From: Hypanus sabinus
Taxonomy: Eukaryota
Direction: 5' to 3'
DNA length: 64,000 nt
NCBI RefSeq assembly: GCF_030144855.1
Contig: NC_082710.1
Coordinates: forward strand, 173,786,001-173,850,000
Position 1 is the stretch's first letter, and the number at the start of each line of letters is the position of its first letter. The position numbers were made by a program, and so were the translations under genes. Under the pieces are notes generated by a model that was not told where the DNA came from, searched no databases, and saw only the letters and a list, made by a program, of their open reading frames with translations. Shown here one piece after another: positions 12,531-24,964 of this stretch.

Positions 12531-13669
12531 CGGGACGGTTGAAACGATTGTATTTAAGTATCTCATTTTTATTTTTGTTACACAGGTGAGTGAATATCCT
12601 TTACTAAACATCTTTGTCCAAATGCAAAAGCTAACAACGTCGCCGTTATTGGGTGAAAGGCTACGTTCTCATTTGTTCACCCGCCTTTACATCACTTCTG
12701 CTTTCTGGGTACTCAAAATGATGTGGAATGCAATTACAAGTTTTGATTGGTGGTTCTTGAAATAATCTCATTGGTTAAAATGACACGCATTGATTGGTCA
12801 CCTTTGAATCCATGCTGTATGCAAACTACGTTTCTTAGTACACAATCGCTACTTGGTAACCAGAATAATATTTGAATTTTCAAATGTACTATACAATATT
12901 TAATTGGTGGCAGTTTTTTTTTAAAAAAGAACCACACCGTTAGAGTTCAATGCTATCAAAATGTGTCCCCCCCCCCCCAATGAAAGCATTTGTCATCAAC
13001 AAACTTTTTTTTGCCTTAACTTTTAAGGTACCTGTTAACCAGTATCCAATATGGGATTTTCCTTGCTTTTTTGAGTTCATTTAGGAGATACATCCCGCTA
13101 ATTATCTGTTAAATAACTTACAAGGTGAAAAGCCCCTTCCAGATTCATGTTATTTTAAGACGTGAATTAAATTAATTTTATAATTAGCATGAAGGCAAGT
13201 TTAATTTCAATATTTGTTGGGTGGATCGATAAACTTAGGGCAGGAAACTGCCCTTCTGCATGCACAAGGTTCGTCATGGAGTTATTTTTCTTTCGAAACT
13301 GATTGGAACAACCCTCCTCGCTTTCCTAAGGTTTCCCTTTTTGTATTATCCGCTAATGGATGTTAATTCTAATGCCGCACAGATCAACTCAAACGGAAGT
13401 TTCTGCGAAAACTCAAGTCATGATTTAAACCCTCTCCTCCACCCCTCCCCCCGACAGACACACTTAGGTGATTGAAGTAACAGTTTTTAATTGCAACAAA
13501 TCTATTGCATTAATTTAATAAATTAAAGATAGTCAAACACAAATCCAAAATTAACTACGCGCAGAATATTTGCACACATTTCCAGCCTTCGCCTTACATG
13601 AATCCTTGTAACTGAGGCTCTTTATAAATAAGACTGGTGAGTTTGTTATATACCAGTCTGAATGTTTGC

Positions 13670-14059
13670 TTAATCGTCGATGTATATTTTGCTGGGTTGA
13701 CACATTTTCTTGTGCAGCAGCACAGCCAGAAGGCTGGGCAGTTCCCCACGCTGGGTGATGGCGACACCACACAACAGTTTGTTGAGCTCTTCGTCGATGC
13801 GGACAGCGAGCTTTAGGTGGCGGGAAATGATCCTCATCTTTTTGTCGTCCCGGGCCGCGTGACCCGCCAGTCCCAAGATCTCGGCCGTAAGGTACTCGAG
13901 AAATACGGCCAGATAAACCAGAGCTCCTGCCCCACTCGTTCAGCAAAATTCCCTCTGCGAAAAAGGCGAGGGATACGATCTACACTGCAATCCAGCACGA
14001 CATGATCGAGTCTTGGCTTTAGTACCACTAATCCCAACAATTTCACCTTCTCCCAACAT
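13670..14059 (-). pseudogene. Histone H2A pseudogene
   Basis: KAKTRSCRAGLQ / [17 protein letters not shown] / [54 protein letters not shown] 5-nt and a 1-nt deletion restore the frame, but TGA at 13940-13942 lies between them. Many missense changes; stem-loop degenerate (~13616-13635); CCAAT boxes upstream (14137-14207). Confidence 0.92.
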
Positions 14060-15164
14060 TCTATTTCTTAACAAGCAACACGAAGCATAGCCTGTCTTGA
14101 TACACCTATTAATCCGACTGAAATATTTCAATTTTCATTGGTCATTCCTTCATTTGCTCTGATTGGTCTGAATGATAGGCGGGAATAAAATTCTCTATTC
14201 AGCCAATGGCATAAAAAAACGGAGTATCCGTTTTAGCGAATTGAAATCGCTGCTTTCTCCTTTGAGAACACGCCGCGTTTCACTGTTTCGACGTTTTGAT
14301 GTACATGTGGCAAAAATAAAGTTAACTTCTTTAATCTTTCTCACTTCTTGTTATTGAGGCTCTTTGGTTTCAACGAAAGTGTTGAAATATTTAACTGATT
14401 TTATTAAAAGATGAAGTGACAATGGCTGTATTGCAGTATCCTGATCTTTGTCTCTTTCAAAATGTTTTGCAGCCTCTGACTTGCCCTCTGCATAAGCGTT
14501 ATGGATGATCGGTGAAATAAGACAGCTCTTGGATATTAACTGTACCGCAGAATAGCTTTTACAATCACAATCCATGCTGTGGCCCTGAGTTTAAGCCCAG
14601 TTCTATGGAAACTGTTTGCCAACAAAATGATGCTTGGTATTGTATTTATTTTATTTCTTACATCCAAGGGAGTAAAAATCTTTATGTTGCTTCTCCAATA
14701 AAGAGGGGAAATTTGGGAGGATATTGCCCAAGCACTAATATTGTACACATAATTGTTTAATATGCATATCTGTACAGTCAGACATGCAATCAGGTCAATG
14801 TGTATTTATAAATCTAATGGCCTGGTGAAAGAAGCTGGTCCTGACAATGCTGCTCTAGCATTTGCCATACGGACCAGCTGAAACAGTTGGTGGTTGGGTT
14901 AGCTGGAGTCCCTGGTGATCCTCTGGGCCCCCTTTACACACCTGTAGCTGTAAGCATCCTGAATAGAGGAAAGTTCGCATCCACAGGTGTGCTGGGCTGT
15001 CCGCACCACTCTCTGCAGTACCCTGCGACTGAGGGTAGTACAGTTCCAGGACCAGGTGATGACACAGCCAGTCAGAATAAGGAAGCAGATAAAACATTAA
15101 AAACTCAAATGGAAGTTTATTCAGGATTTTTAAAAAAGGTGCAAAATGTAGTGGGGAGGAGACT

Positions 15165-16130
15165 TTGAAATAACTACTCAAAGGAACAGTACTTGGAAGA
15201 GGGGACTGTGTGTAGCGTAGCAAAATTTGCTGATGTCATTAAACTGAGTGGAAAAGCAAATTGTACAGAGGATGTGGAGAGTCTGTAGAGGGATATAGAT
15301 AGGTAAAGTGAGTGGACCAAGGTCTGGCAGATGGAATACAACGTTGGTAAATGTGAGATCATCCACTTTGGAAGGAATAATAGAAGAACAGATTATTATT
15401 TAAATGGTGGAAGATTGCAGCATGCTGTTGTGCAGAGGGACTTGGGAGTGCTTGTTCATGAATCACAAAAACTTGGCTTGCAGGTACAACAGGTTATTAA
15501 GAAGGCAAATGAAATGTTGGCATTCATTGGTAGAGGGATTGAATTCAAGAGCAGGGAGGTCATACTGCAACTATACAGGGTACTGGTGAGGCCACACCTG
15601 GAGTACTGTGTGCAGTTCTGTTCTCCATACTTGAGGAAGGATATACTGGCTTTAGAGGCAGTGCAGAGGAGGTTCACCAGGTTGATTCCAGAGATGAAGG
15701 GGTTAACCTATGAGGAGAGATTGAGTCGCTGGGACTATACTCTCTGGAGTTCAGAAGAATGAGAAGGGATCTTATAGAAAAATACAAAATTAGAAGGGAT
15801 AGATAAGATAGAAGTAGTGTGAGACTAGAACTGGGGGACATTGCCTCAAGATTCAGGGGAGAAGATTTAGGATGGAAATGAGGAGAAACTGTTTTTCCCA
15901 GAGTGTGGTTTTTCCCAGAGTCTGCCCAGGGAAGCAGTTGAGGCTTCTTCACTAAATATATTTAAGATTCAATTAGATAGATTTTTACATAGCAGGGGTA
16001 TTGAGGGTTATGGGGAAAAGGCAGGTAGACGGAGCTGAGTTTACGGACAGATCAACCATGATCTTATTGAATGTCGGGGCAGGCTCGATGGGCCGGATGG
16101 CCGACTCCTGCTCCTGTTTCTTATGTTCTT
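15165..16130 (+). mobile_element. CR1 LINE 3' fragment
   Basis: ORF 15331-15762 (RDLGVLVH..RPHLEYCVQF..EAVQRRFTRLIP) plus 3' UTR. Confidence 0.9.
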
Positions 16131-16497
16131 ATGCAGGACAGGAAGAGACTTAGAGAAAGATGCAGCGAAGAAACTGACCCTCATCCCACCAGATCATGGC
16201 AGTCATCAACCACACAACTACACTAACCTTCCCTTGATCTATTCCATTCTCCCTACATTCCTATCAACTCCTCAGATTCTACAACTCACCCACAAACTAG
16301 GGGCTTTAGCAGCCGCCATTTAATATACTCATCTGCATGTCTTAGGGATGTTGAGGTCACCTGATGGCTCAGTGGAAGCCCACACGGCCACAGACAGAAC
16401 TTACAAACCCTGTACAAATTTCACCAGAGGTCAGGATCAAACCCAGGGCTTTGGTGCTTTGAGTCAGCAGTGTTCAGTGTCAAACCGGAATCTCTCA

Positions 16498-16968
16498 GCA
16501 GGTTGATTCCTGGGATGGCAGGACTTTCATATGAAGAAAGACTGGATCGACTAGGCTTATACTCACTGAAATTTAGAGGATTGAGGGGGGATCTTATTGA
16601 AACGTATAAAATTCTAAAGGGATTGGACAGGCTAGATGCAGGAAGATTGTTTCCGATGTTGGGGGAGCCCAGAATGAGGGGTCACAGTTTAAGGATAAAG
16701 GGGAAGCCTTTTAGAACCGAGATGAGGAAAAACCTCTTCACACAGAGAGTGGTGAATCTGTGGAATTCTCTGCCACAGGAAACAGTTGAGGCTGGTTCAT
16801 TGGATATATTTAAGAGGAAGTTAGATATGGCCCTTGTGGCTAAAGGGATCAGGGGTATGGAGAGAAAGCAGGTACAGGGTTCTGAGTTGGATGATCAGCC
16901 ATGATCATACTGAATGGCGGTGCAGGCTCGAAGGGCCGAAGGGCCTACTCCTGCACCTATTTTCTATG
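16498..16968 (+). mobile_element. CR1 LINE 3' end
   Basis: LSYEERLDRLGLYSL..RGHSLRI..FTQRVVNLWNSLP and 3' UTR. Confidence 0.9.
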
Positions 16969-17564
16969 TTGCACTAATGTCTGGTTTATTTTACTTACAC
17001 AGGGCAGTGGGTATTAGGAATGAACTACCAGAGGAGGTTGTAAAAACAGGTAAAATTTCAATGCTTAAAAGACTTCTAGACAGGTACATGGATAGGAGAG
17101 GTTTAAAGTAGTTTGGGCCAAACACACGATGGGACTAGCTCAGCTCGGGCTGATACCCCCGCTGTGTAGTGCTATGACTCGACATAAATCCACTTATAAT
17201 AAAGAGAGTTAACGAAGATTAGACAGATCCGTTGCTTGGGTGGCAGGTTTGCTTTAACAGAGATTGAGCAGACTGATTCTTTATTCTCGGGAGCTTAGTG
17301 GTCTCATTGAAAAAGATGTAGAGCTAGACGAGGTAGAGACGGTGGGAGTGTTCCACCTGGTTGAGGTCTTCATCCAATAAAAGGGTTGAGTGGCACAGGA
17401 GTGTCGCGCCAACAGTGCCAGCTCGTTCCCACTGCGGTCGGTAACATATTTGCTCATTCTTCCCCGTGAGAACGTGGTGCCCAGCTTCCACGCACATTTT
17501 AAAGACATGTGGACCAGGGCTGCTATGTTCTGGTCATGCTGTACTGGTGCCAGACACATGGTCC

Positions 17565-17982
17565 ATTTAAGTTGGAGCTCACCTTGCGGTTGTCTAACAC
17601 ACGCACTGGACCCTCAGTCTGCGTGAAAGCACACAGAAGAGTCGCTGGAAGTCCATCGCGAACAAACAGGGCTCCCACGGTCTTTGCCCCTTGAAGCCAT
17701 CCGTTTGCACAAAGCACCTTGTGCAACAGGGACAGCACCCTCAGTGACCTTCCCTTCTGCCTTCTCCCAGTTTCCAAACAAGAAACTTCAGCCCAGTGTT
17801 CTCCAGAACTTTCTCTCAATTCCACCATTCTGATTGGCTGACAGTACAATCCTACGTTAGGCAACAAGCCTCTTATCTCAGCTGAAACCTAAATAGGCCG
17901 AAGGCAGAACAGGCTGTCTTACAGAGCTGCTAAAATGAAATACCTACATCTTAGCAGTAAAAATCTTAACCAGGACGTTACA
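17565..17982 (-). mobile_element. Truncated LTR, same family as 1715-2465
   Basis: Minus strand starts TGTAACGTCCTGG and is colinear with 1715-2185 (shared AGCCAATC..ATGGTGGAATTG and TGTGTGCTTTCACGCAGAC). Confidence 0.7.
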
Positions 17983-18347
17983 TGTGTATTACTGTGCTTT
18001 ACACCCTAGTTTGGAGAAGTGTCTCATGTATATACTGTACTTATATGTATATACATTGTCAAGTAGTTTCAGGTTTCAGAGTTTGGAAATGTCACATGTT
18101 AAAGGCAAGTCAGGGGAACAAAGCAAATGCTAATCAACCATGGAACAAGTTAACAATATCTATCATGAAGTGGTGATATAATTCTCAGATAAAAGTGATC
18201 CAAGAATGAAGGTGAATTTATAAAGGGTACAAACTACCCAAGCTGACCATGTAGGAGTTATATGTGAATACTCTAAGTGAAGTTCCTGACAAGATGGTCT
18301 AGAATTCTCTTCCCAAACTCTGTTAAAGCTGAAGTTCATCTGGATAG

Positions 18348-19289
18348 TGTGGTGCAAATATTTTACCTCATAGGGGCAGGTGTATATATCCTGCCTTTCA
18401 TTTGCAGTGGTTTAGAATATCCAGTATGATTTGTCTCCTCTCCGGTTCGCTTATTGTGTTATCAGTGATGGACAATGGGTGCAGAGTTACCTACTCCCCC
18501 CACCCCTGAGAACCATGAACCATTACTGTTGCTATGCTGCTCATGAGAGAGATGGAAAATATACAAGAACATCTGCCGCAGATAAGAGGGGGGAGAGAGA
18601 CTGTTGATTTACTGTATTATGACTTCTGCGAGGGTTATTTATCTTCTACTATTTTGCTCATTAACATTCCTCAGTGGACAGCCGGAGTGGGCTGGTTTGA
18701 TGGACTCAGTCATTCAAAATTGATAGCTGAGACCCCATTAGTTGGGATAAAAGACAGGTCTGGAGAGACACCCTTCAGACACACCAGTGGACCCTGCCTG
18801 AGGGTTGTGAACCCACAAGGAAGGTGGGGGCATCGGAGACCGAACCAGGGGATCGGTCAGTTATAGCAGGGCTGGTGGGAACTTGTGCGTGTGTCCACTC
18901 ATGCCAGAGAGACGAGTCCACCTGAATGACAGAGGGGTCATAACTGAATGGCCACAATGACACAATGGATTAAGAAAGGAGTAAAAGGTTTGCCTGCCCA
19001 ACAGATGCTGTTACATCTCTCTCCAACGATTACATCTAAATAAGCATAACTACCTCAGCGCTCATGAACTGAACTGAACTTTATGTTCTGACAATTCATT
19101 TACCCCTAGACATCAACAGAGCTTATTATTCCTACCTTTAGGTTTATTACTGCTACCTTATATGTACATTTGCATTATTGATATGGTTTTGCTATCTTTA
19201 TTAACAAAACACCTTCAAATATAGTACCACCAGACTCCAACGGATACTTCTTTCTGCTGGTCAGACACCCAATTAAAGGGTACATAACA
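18348..19289 (+). mobile_element. Possible solo LTR of a second family
   Basis: LTR-like layout (GATAAAAG, (GAACT)n, AT-rich tail, ends CATAACA); flanks ATAG/ATCG form only an imperfect duplication. Confidence 0.3.
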
Positions 19290-19498
19290 ATCGGCTCTCC
19301 CTACTAAAGCCCCAAGGCCCAATCCACAATCAGTCCTCTGGGGTAAACAATTCATTCACCAACTTGACAAGTTCTTCCAGTCCTAAACTGTTTGGAAACC
19401 TCTAGTACCTACCACGTTACACCTCCAAAATTATTGTATTTTAAATATGGAACTAAAACGAAATGTTGTGATCAAGCACTTTAAAAATTGATTGGTTG

Positions 19499-19514
19499 GG
19501 CTCTTAAAAGAGCC
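19499..19514 (-). terminator. Histone 3' stem-loop
   Basis: Minus strand GGCTCTTTTAAGAGCC; AAAGTGCT downstream. Confidence 0.95.
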
Positions 19515-19541
19515 GTTTTTTTAATCTTGCCTTCCTTGTGT

Positions 19542-19937
<396 letters not shown>

Positions 19938-19989
19938 TCAGCTGCTTGGCCCTCAAAAGGAGAATGATGGAGAAACCCCGCGGTGTCTC

Positions 19990-20060
19990 CTTTTATAGCA
20001 ATTTGGGCTCAAAATACGATTTCTGATTGGATAGTCAAGTATTTAGAATTGGACCAATGA
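19990..20060 (-). promoter_or_regulatory. H2A promoter: TATA and CCAAT boxes
   Basis: TATAAAA at 19991-19997 (minus); ATTGG/CCAAT at 20026-20030 and 20048-20058. Confidence 0.75.
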
Positions 20061-20759
20061 GAAGACAAATCAGAAACAGGCGAAAATCTGCAGATGCTGT
20101 AAATCCGAATAACACACACACACAATGCTGGAGGAACTCAGCAGGCCAGACAGAATTTATAGAAGATAAAAAAATACTTTCAGGATTAGGTACTTTTTTT
20201 TCCATAGATGCTGTCCCGTCTGCTAAATTCTCCAGCATTTTGTGTAAGAAGACGAATCAGCTCCGTTTTCTAGATCACTTGTTTCTAAGTAGATTAACCC
20301 AGCAGGGTATATCCACAAAACATAATTTTTATTCATTTTATTTTATAGCCTTTAACGTTATAAATATTCCAGAGATTGGAATAAATTATTTGTGTATTGA
20401 ATATACAGTATATTTGCTATGAACCATTGACGTAAGGTCTAAAAGGTCAACATGATATATATTGAATAATTAATTTTATTTCAGTAAAAGTTATCAAAAG
20501 TCATGAAGTGTTGCAAAACTTCCCATCAAGCTTATTTTCGATACAGATCCCGTTTTATACTATTAGTCCAGACAGGAAACGCATAAAAAGGATGATGAAT
20601 TTGCCTGTCAGCATGTGTGCGATACAATAAAAAGTGTTAATAATATCTCCGGCATTTGTTGACTGCATCAAAATTTATATGAATAATTGGAAGAATCGAA
20701 AAAGACGGAAAAGCTTGTTTGTGTCGTAATGTATAGCCGTTCGATTGAAACGTGTGCAT

Positions 20760-20775
20760 GGCTCTGAAAAGAGCC
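20760..20775 (-). terminator. Histone 3' stem-loop
   Basis: Minus strand GGCTCTTTTCAGAGCC preceded by AAAA. Confidence 0.95.
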
Positions 20776-20802
20776 TTTTATGTTCAGATAGTTGGCTTCC
20801 TT

Positions 20803-21591
20803 CTATCTCCGTTTGACTGCCTGGTCCCGCCGCCTGGCTGCCCGGGAAACAGCGGGCCGCTTGGGCCCTTTTTTGGCCATGGCCGTCGTGCACCTGCGGG
20901 GGCTTTTGGCCGCCTGCTTTCGGGCGGTGGGCTCAGCTGCTACGGCTCTTTTCCGGGCGGTGGGCTTGGCTGTTGCGGCTCTTTTCCGGGCGGTGGGCTT
21001 GGCTGCTCCGGCTCTTTTCCGGGCGGTGGGCTTGGCTGTTGCGGCTCTTTTCCGGGCGGTGGGCTTGGCTGTTGCGGCTCTTTTCCGGGCGGTGGGCTCC
21101 GCTGCTACGGCTCTTTTCCGGGCGGTGGGCTTGGCTGCTCCGGCTCTTTTCCGGGCGGTGGGCTTGGCTGCTCCGGCTCTTTTCCGGGCGGTGGGCTTGG
21201 CTGCAACAGCTCTCTTCCGAACCTTTCTCCTGATCTCCTCTTTACTCTGCTTCTCGACCGCCGCCTCCTGATTCGAACGGAGAGCAGAAGCGGAGCTGCC
21301 AGCGGCAGCACCTCCCACAGCGGAACCTTTGTTGGGTAAGGTGTCGGCCGACTGCCTGGGGCGGGAGCTAGCCTCGTAGGCGGCGGCCGAGGTGGTTTTC
21401 TTCACGGCGCCGAGCTTGGTCGCCTGGCGCTCCTTGGTGGCGGTCACTGCTTCCAGGATGTGCTCGGCCATTGCGCCTTTCTGCGACCTATAACCTGCCT
21501 TCTTCTTGGCAGCCGACAACAGGCCAGTGGCGGCAGGAAAGGGACAGTTGGGAGCCGCACCATCGTCTTTAGTAGAAACGGTGTCAGCCAT
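20803..21591 (-). CDS. H1-derived basic protein B (262 aa) with degenerate globular domain and 11-aa repeats
   Basis: Intronless ORF from ATG 21591; paralog of 2913-3509 (ATKERQA.KLG.VKKT.SAA.Y, DTLPNKGS, AGSSASALR); canonical stem-loop. Confidence 0.88.
   Translation of the reverse strand: MADTVSTKDDGAAPNCPFPAATGLLSAAKKKAGYRSQKGAMAEHILEAVTATKERQATKLGAVKKTTSAAAYEASSRPRQSADTLPNKGSAVGGAAAGSSASALRSNQEAAVEKQSKEEIRRKVRKRAVAAKPTARKRAGAAKPTARKRAGAAKPTARKRAVAAEPTARKRAATAKPTARKRAATAKPTARKRAGAAKPTARKRAATAKPTARKRAVAAEPTARKQAAKSPRRCTTAMAKKGPKRPAVSRAARRRDQAVKRR
20923..21219 (-). repeat. Coding minisatellite, 9 x 33 bp
   Basis: Encodes RKRA(VA/GA/AT)A(K/E)PTA nine times. Confidence 0.95.
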
Positions 21592-21690
21592 TCCACGCAA
21601 TCGCCTCAAGACGCGGCGGATCGGCGGCGGCTCCCGTTTAAAGGCGAGAAGCGGACGAGGTAGAACTAACCAACCTCCTCTTTCTTATGT

Positions 21691-22146
21691 AACAACACAC
21701 ACAAAATGCTGGTGGAACACAGCAGGCCAGGCAGCATCTATAGGGAGAAGCACTGTCGACGTTTGGGGCCGAGACCCTTCGTCAGGACTAACTGAAAGGA
21801 AAGATAGTAAGAGATTTGAAAGTAGTGGGGGGAGGGGGAAATGTGAAATGATAGGAGAAGACTGGAGGGGGTGGGATGAAGCTAAGAGCTGGAAAGGTGA
21901 TTGGCGAAAGTGATACAGAGCTGGAGAAGGGAAAGGATCATGGGACGGGAGGCCTCAGGAGAAAGAAAGGGAGATGGAGAACAGATAGTGAGAGGGGCAG
22001 AGAGAAATCAATGTCATCAGGTTGGAGGCTACCCAGACGGAATATAAGGCATTGTTCCTCCAACCTGAGTGTGGTTTCATCTTGACAGTAGAGGAGGCCA
22101 TGGATAGACATATCAGAATGGGAATGGGACGTGGAATTAAAATGTG
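21691..22146 (-). mobile_element. Penelope-like element 3' end (GIY-YIG C-terminus plus terminal repeat)
   Basis: Minus strand HFNSTSHSHSDMSIHGLLYCQDETTLRLEEQCLIFRLGSLQP, then a pyrimidine tract and a hammerhead-like motif at 21753-21790. Confidence 0.75.
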
Positions 22147-22385
22147 TAGTAGTTAGAGCAATGCTATTACAGCGTGAGGCACTCTCGAGTTCAGAGTTGA
22201 GTTCTGGCGCTGGCCCTGTAAAGAGTCTGTGTGTTCTCCCCAGGTGCTCTGGTTTTCTCCCACGGTCCAGACATAGGGAGCAGGTTAATTGTTCTGTGAT
22301 TCGGTTAGGGTTAATCGGGGTTGCTGGGGGCGGTATGGCTGAAAGTCCAGCTCCGCGCTATATGGCTGGCTAAATAAATAAATAA
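22147..22385 (+). mobile_element. V-SINE (HE1-like)
   Basis: tRNA-like head, GCTCTGGTTTTCTCCCACGGTCCA core, (TAAA)n tail. Confidence 0.6.
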
Positions 22386-22399
22386 AGGCCTTATCTATC

Positions 22400-22980
22400 T
22401 ACCGGCGTGCAATCGAGAGCATCTGAATACACAACATCACTGCAATCTGGCAGATGGGAAATCTCAACAATGGGTAATCAAAACTGTCCAATGCATCAGC
22501 TGCACTAGCCTACTGCACACCCCACCACCGCAGTAGGGATATATACACAAGGAGATGCCAGAAAAAGGCCAGCAATATCATGAGAGATCCCACCCAGCCT
22601 GCTCATGGACTGTTTGTCCCACTCCCATCAGGGAGGAGGCTGCACAGCAGCCACACCAGGACCACCAGACTCAAAATCTTACTTTTCTCAAGGCTGACAA
22701 ACAGCTGCACCCAACAACCCACCACTCCACACCCCCAACCACCACTACTTTATCATTTTCTTATGTGTAGATACACCTGTGCCTTGTGTCACTTTATGGA
22801 CATACAATCCATCTATGTATATAAGCTACCTTATGTATTTATATTTATTGTGTTTTTATTATTGTATTTTGTGTGTTAATGTGTTTCCTTTCATAACAAA
22901 TTGGTTCTGGAGTGGCAATTATTTCATTCTACTTTGCATTTGTGTACTGGAAATTACGTTAAAGAATCTTGAATCTTCAT
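22400..22980 (+). mobile_element. Rex1/Babar-like LINE 3' end
   Basis: DPTQPAHGLFVPLPSGRRL..RTTRLK motif; (GAATCTT)n tail. Confidence 0.7.
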
Positions 22981-24964
22981 AGAGTCTTTGCATTTTCAAA
23001 ACTGCTTTATGCATTCTGAAATCAAAAATACTATCAAATTTCCCCAACAGAATACAAGTGTATTACACTAACATTAACGATTTCAGTGAGTCTTACTATC
23101 TTGTTTTTACATTCAGCTGCAGGTAGCTTGGAGGCCCAGAGTGACCTGCCTTGAAGGTGAGGACCTGTCTGTGTGTGTGAGAGGGAAGGAAAAAGCTTGT
23201 TTTGCTGTTGTTGCTGCTTGTGTTGCTCTGCTGATTAGCTGATTCTCGAGCTGGAGAACTCAAAATAAAATGCAACATTTCCAACTGACGGTAACATCAA
23301 ATTAAAGACTGTTGTCTCCCCTGTTGCTGAGGAAGGAGAGATATCTATCTCTCTTGTTGGTGAGAGATAGAGAGAGGGAGAGAGCCTATGGGGTGTTGAA
23401 AATGTTGGAGTGAACAGCTAGCTTCTGATGGTTGTAGACCACGGTCTCTCTTTGGGGGCTTTGCTGTTGCTGTCATGGTGGGTGGTGGGTGTGCCGATGC
23501 TTTTTGCCAAGGGGAAGGGGGAGAGGGTTGATGCTGCTTGTGCATGGGAGAGGGGCAAGAGGCTTTGGGGTTTTTTGCTGTTATCCATTTTTTGGGTTTA
23601 TTTTCTCTTGCGAGGATGTGTGTGGAGGGTAAGAATTGCAGGTTGTGTACCGTATACTTTCCCTGATATTAAATGGAAGCAGTGAACTGCTGACCATGAC
23701 GGACAGGCTATGTTGGTGCTGGAATGTGTGGCAATACATGTGGTGGTCTGCAGCACATTAGCAGGTTGTTAACACAAACGACTCTTTTCACTGTATGCTT
23801 TGATGTCAATCTGATAAATAAATGAATCTGAATCTGTAATGTCATTGAATATTTCTGCTTCCAAAATGTATTAAAAGTGGCCTCATTGCAAATACTATCC
23901 ATTTATTTAATATGCTTTTATAAATATACATTTTGGAACAGTTAATTCAAAGGGAGTTTTCACATGTTCCTAAAAGTTTTACGGTACAGAAAGACATCTG
24001 TTAATCCACCACAAACTGTGCAGCCTGTAAGAATAATCCAATTTATCTCTTTCTTGGTGCTACAAAAAGTAGTGGATATGGTCCAGTCCATCATGGGTAA
24101 ATCCCTTCACACCACTGAGCACATCTACATGGAACGTGCTGCCAGGGATGGTGGTAGTTACGTCGGGGACATCTAAAGGATTCTCAGCTATACCTCAGTT
24201 CATGTGACTTCTGGTTTAATATGGTGCTGGTGATGCACAGCGATGAGTTCCGGGTCGGAAACAAAACGAAATTACTGTACTAATCACACTTTTTCTCTGA
24301 ACCAATCACTGCCGTCACTGGCCTGTGACCTCCCTTTTGGAGCTGAGCTGTTGAACTGCCGGTACAAGCTGGCGTTTGGGCGGAGTGAAATGAAATCTCT
24401 AAGGTGCAGGCTGGATGCGGCGCGGTGGGTACAGGCCGAATAAGGGCAGTGAATAAACCAATGTTTGGTCACTGCAGGAGCAGATGTGAGGGTATGATGA
24501 GGCAGGGCACAGGCCCAAGAGTGGACCATGAACCATTGTTTGGACGATTGAAGTGCTGAGCCACAGTGAAGGGTCAAATCAAGGCAGCGGGCCCCAGGCC
24601 CGAGAATGTATTGAACCAGCAGGGTCCAGGTCTGACAGTGAGGAATGACTCACTGTTTGGCCGATGTATCTGCTGGGCCAGATTGTAAAGATCAGGCTGC
24701 TCCACGAACTTTACTTGTCTTTGTGCTGATGACTGGCTTCACGATTCTGGACTCACTTTCGTGAACTACAGTTCTGAATATAATTTGCTTATTTCCATGG
24801 TTTCATTTCTATCTGCACACTGGGTGTTTGACGATCTTTGTTTTAATGGGTTCTACTGGGTTTCTTTGCTGTGAGGCTGCCTGTAAGGAGACGAATCTCA
24901 TAATAATAAATGTACTTTGAACCTTGAACAATATAAACCAATTCTAATTCCAAATGATTCCAGT

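Noticed and set aside
17200-17560. Coding-looking stretch beside the truncated LTR
   Set aside because: No recognisable domain in any frame; left unexplained.
20752-21339. Long antisense ORFs with FPGGGLGCC or ALFRAVG repeats
   Set aside because: Shadows of the 33-bp stop-free repeat; the stem-loop supports only the minus-strand gene.
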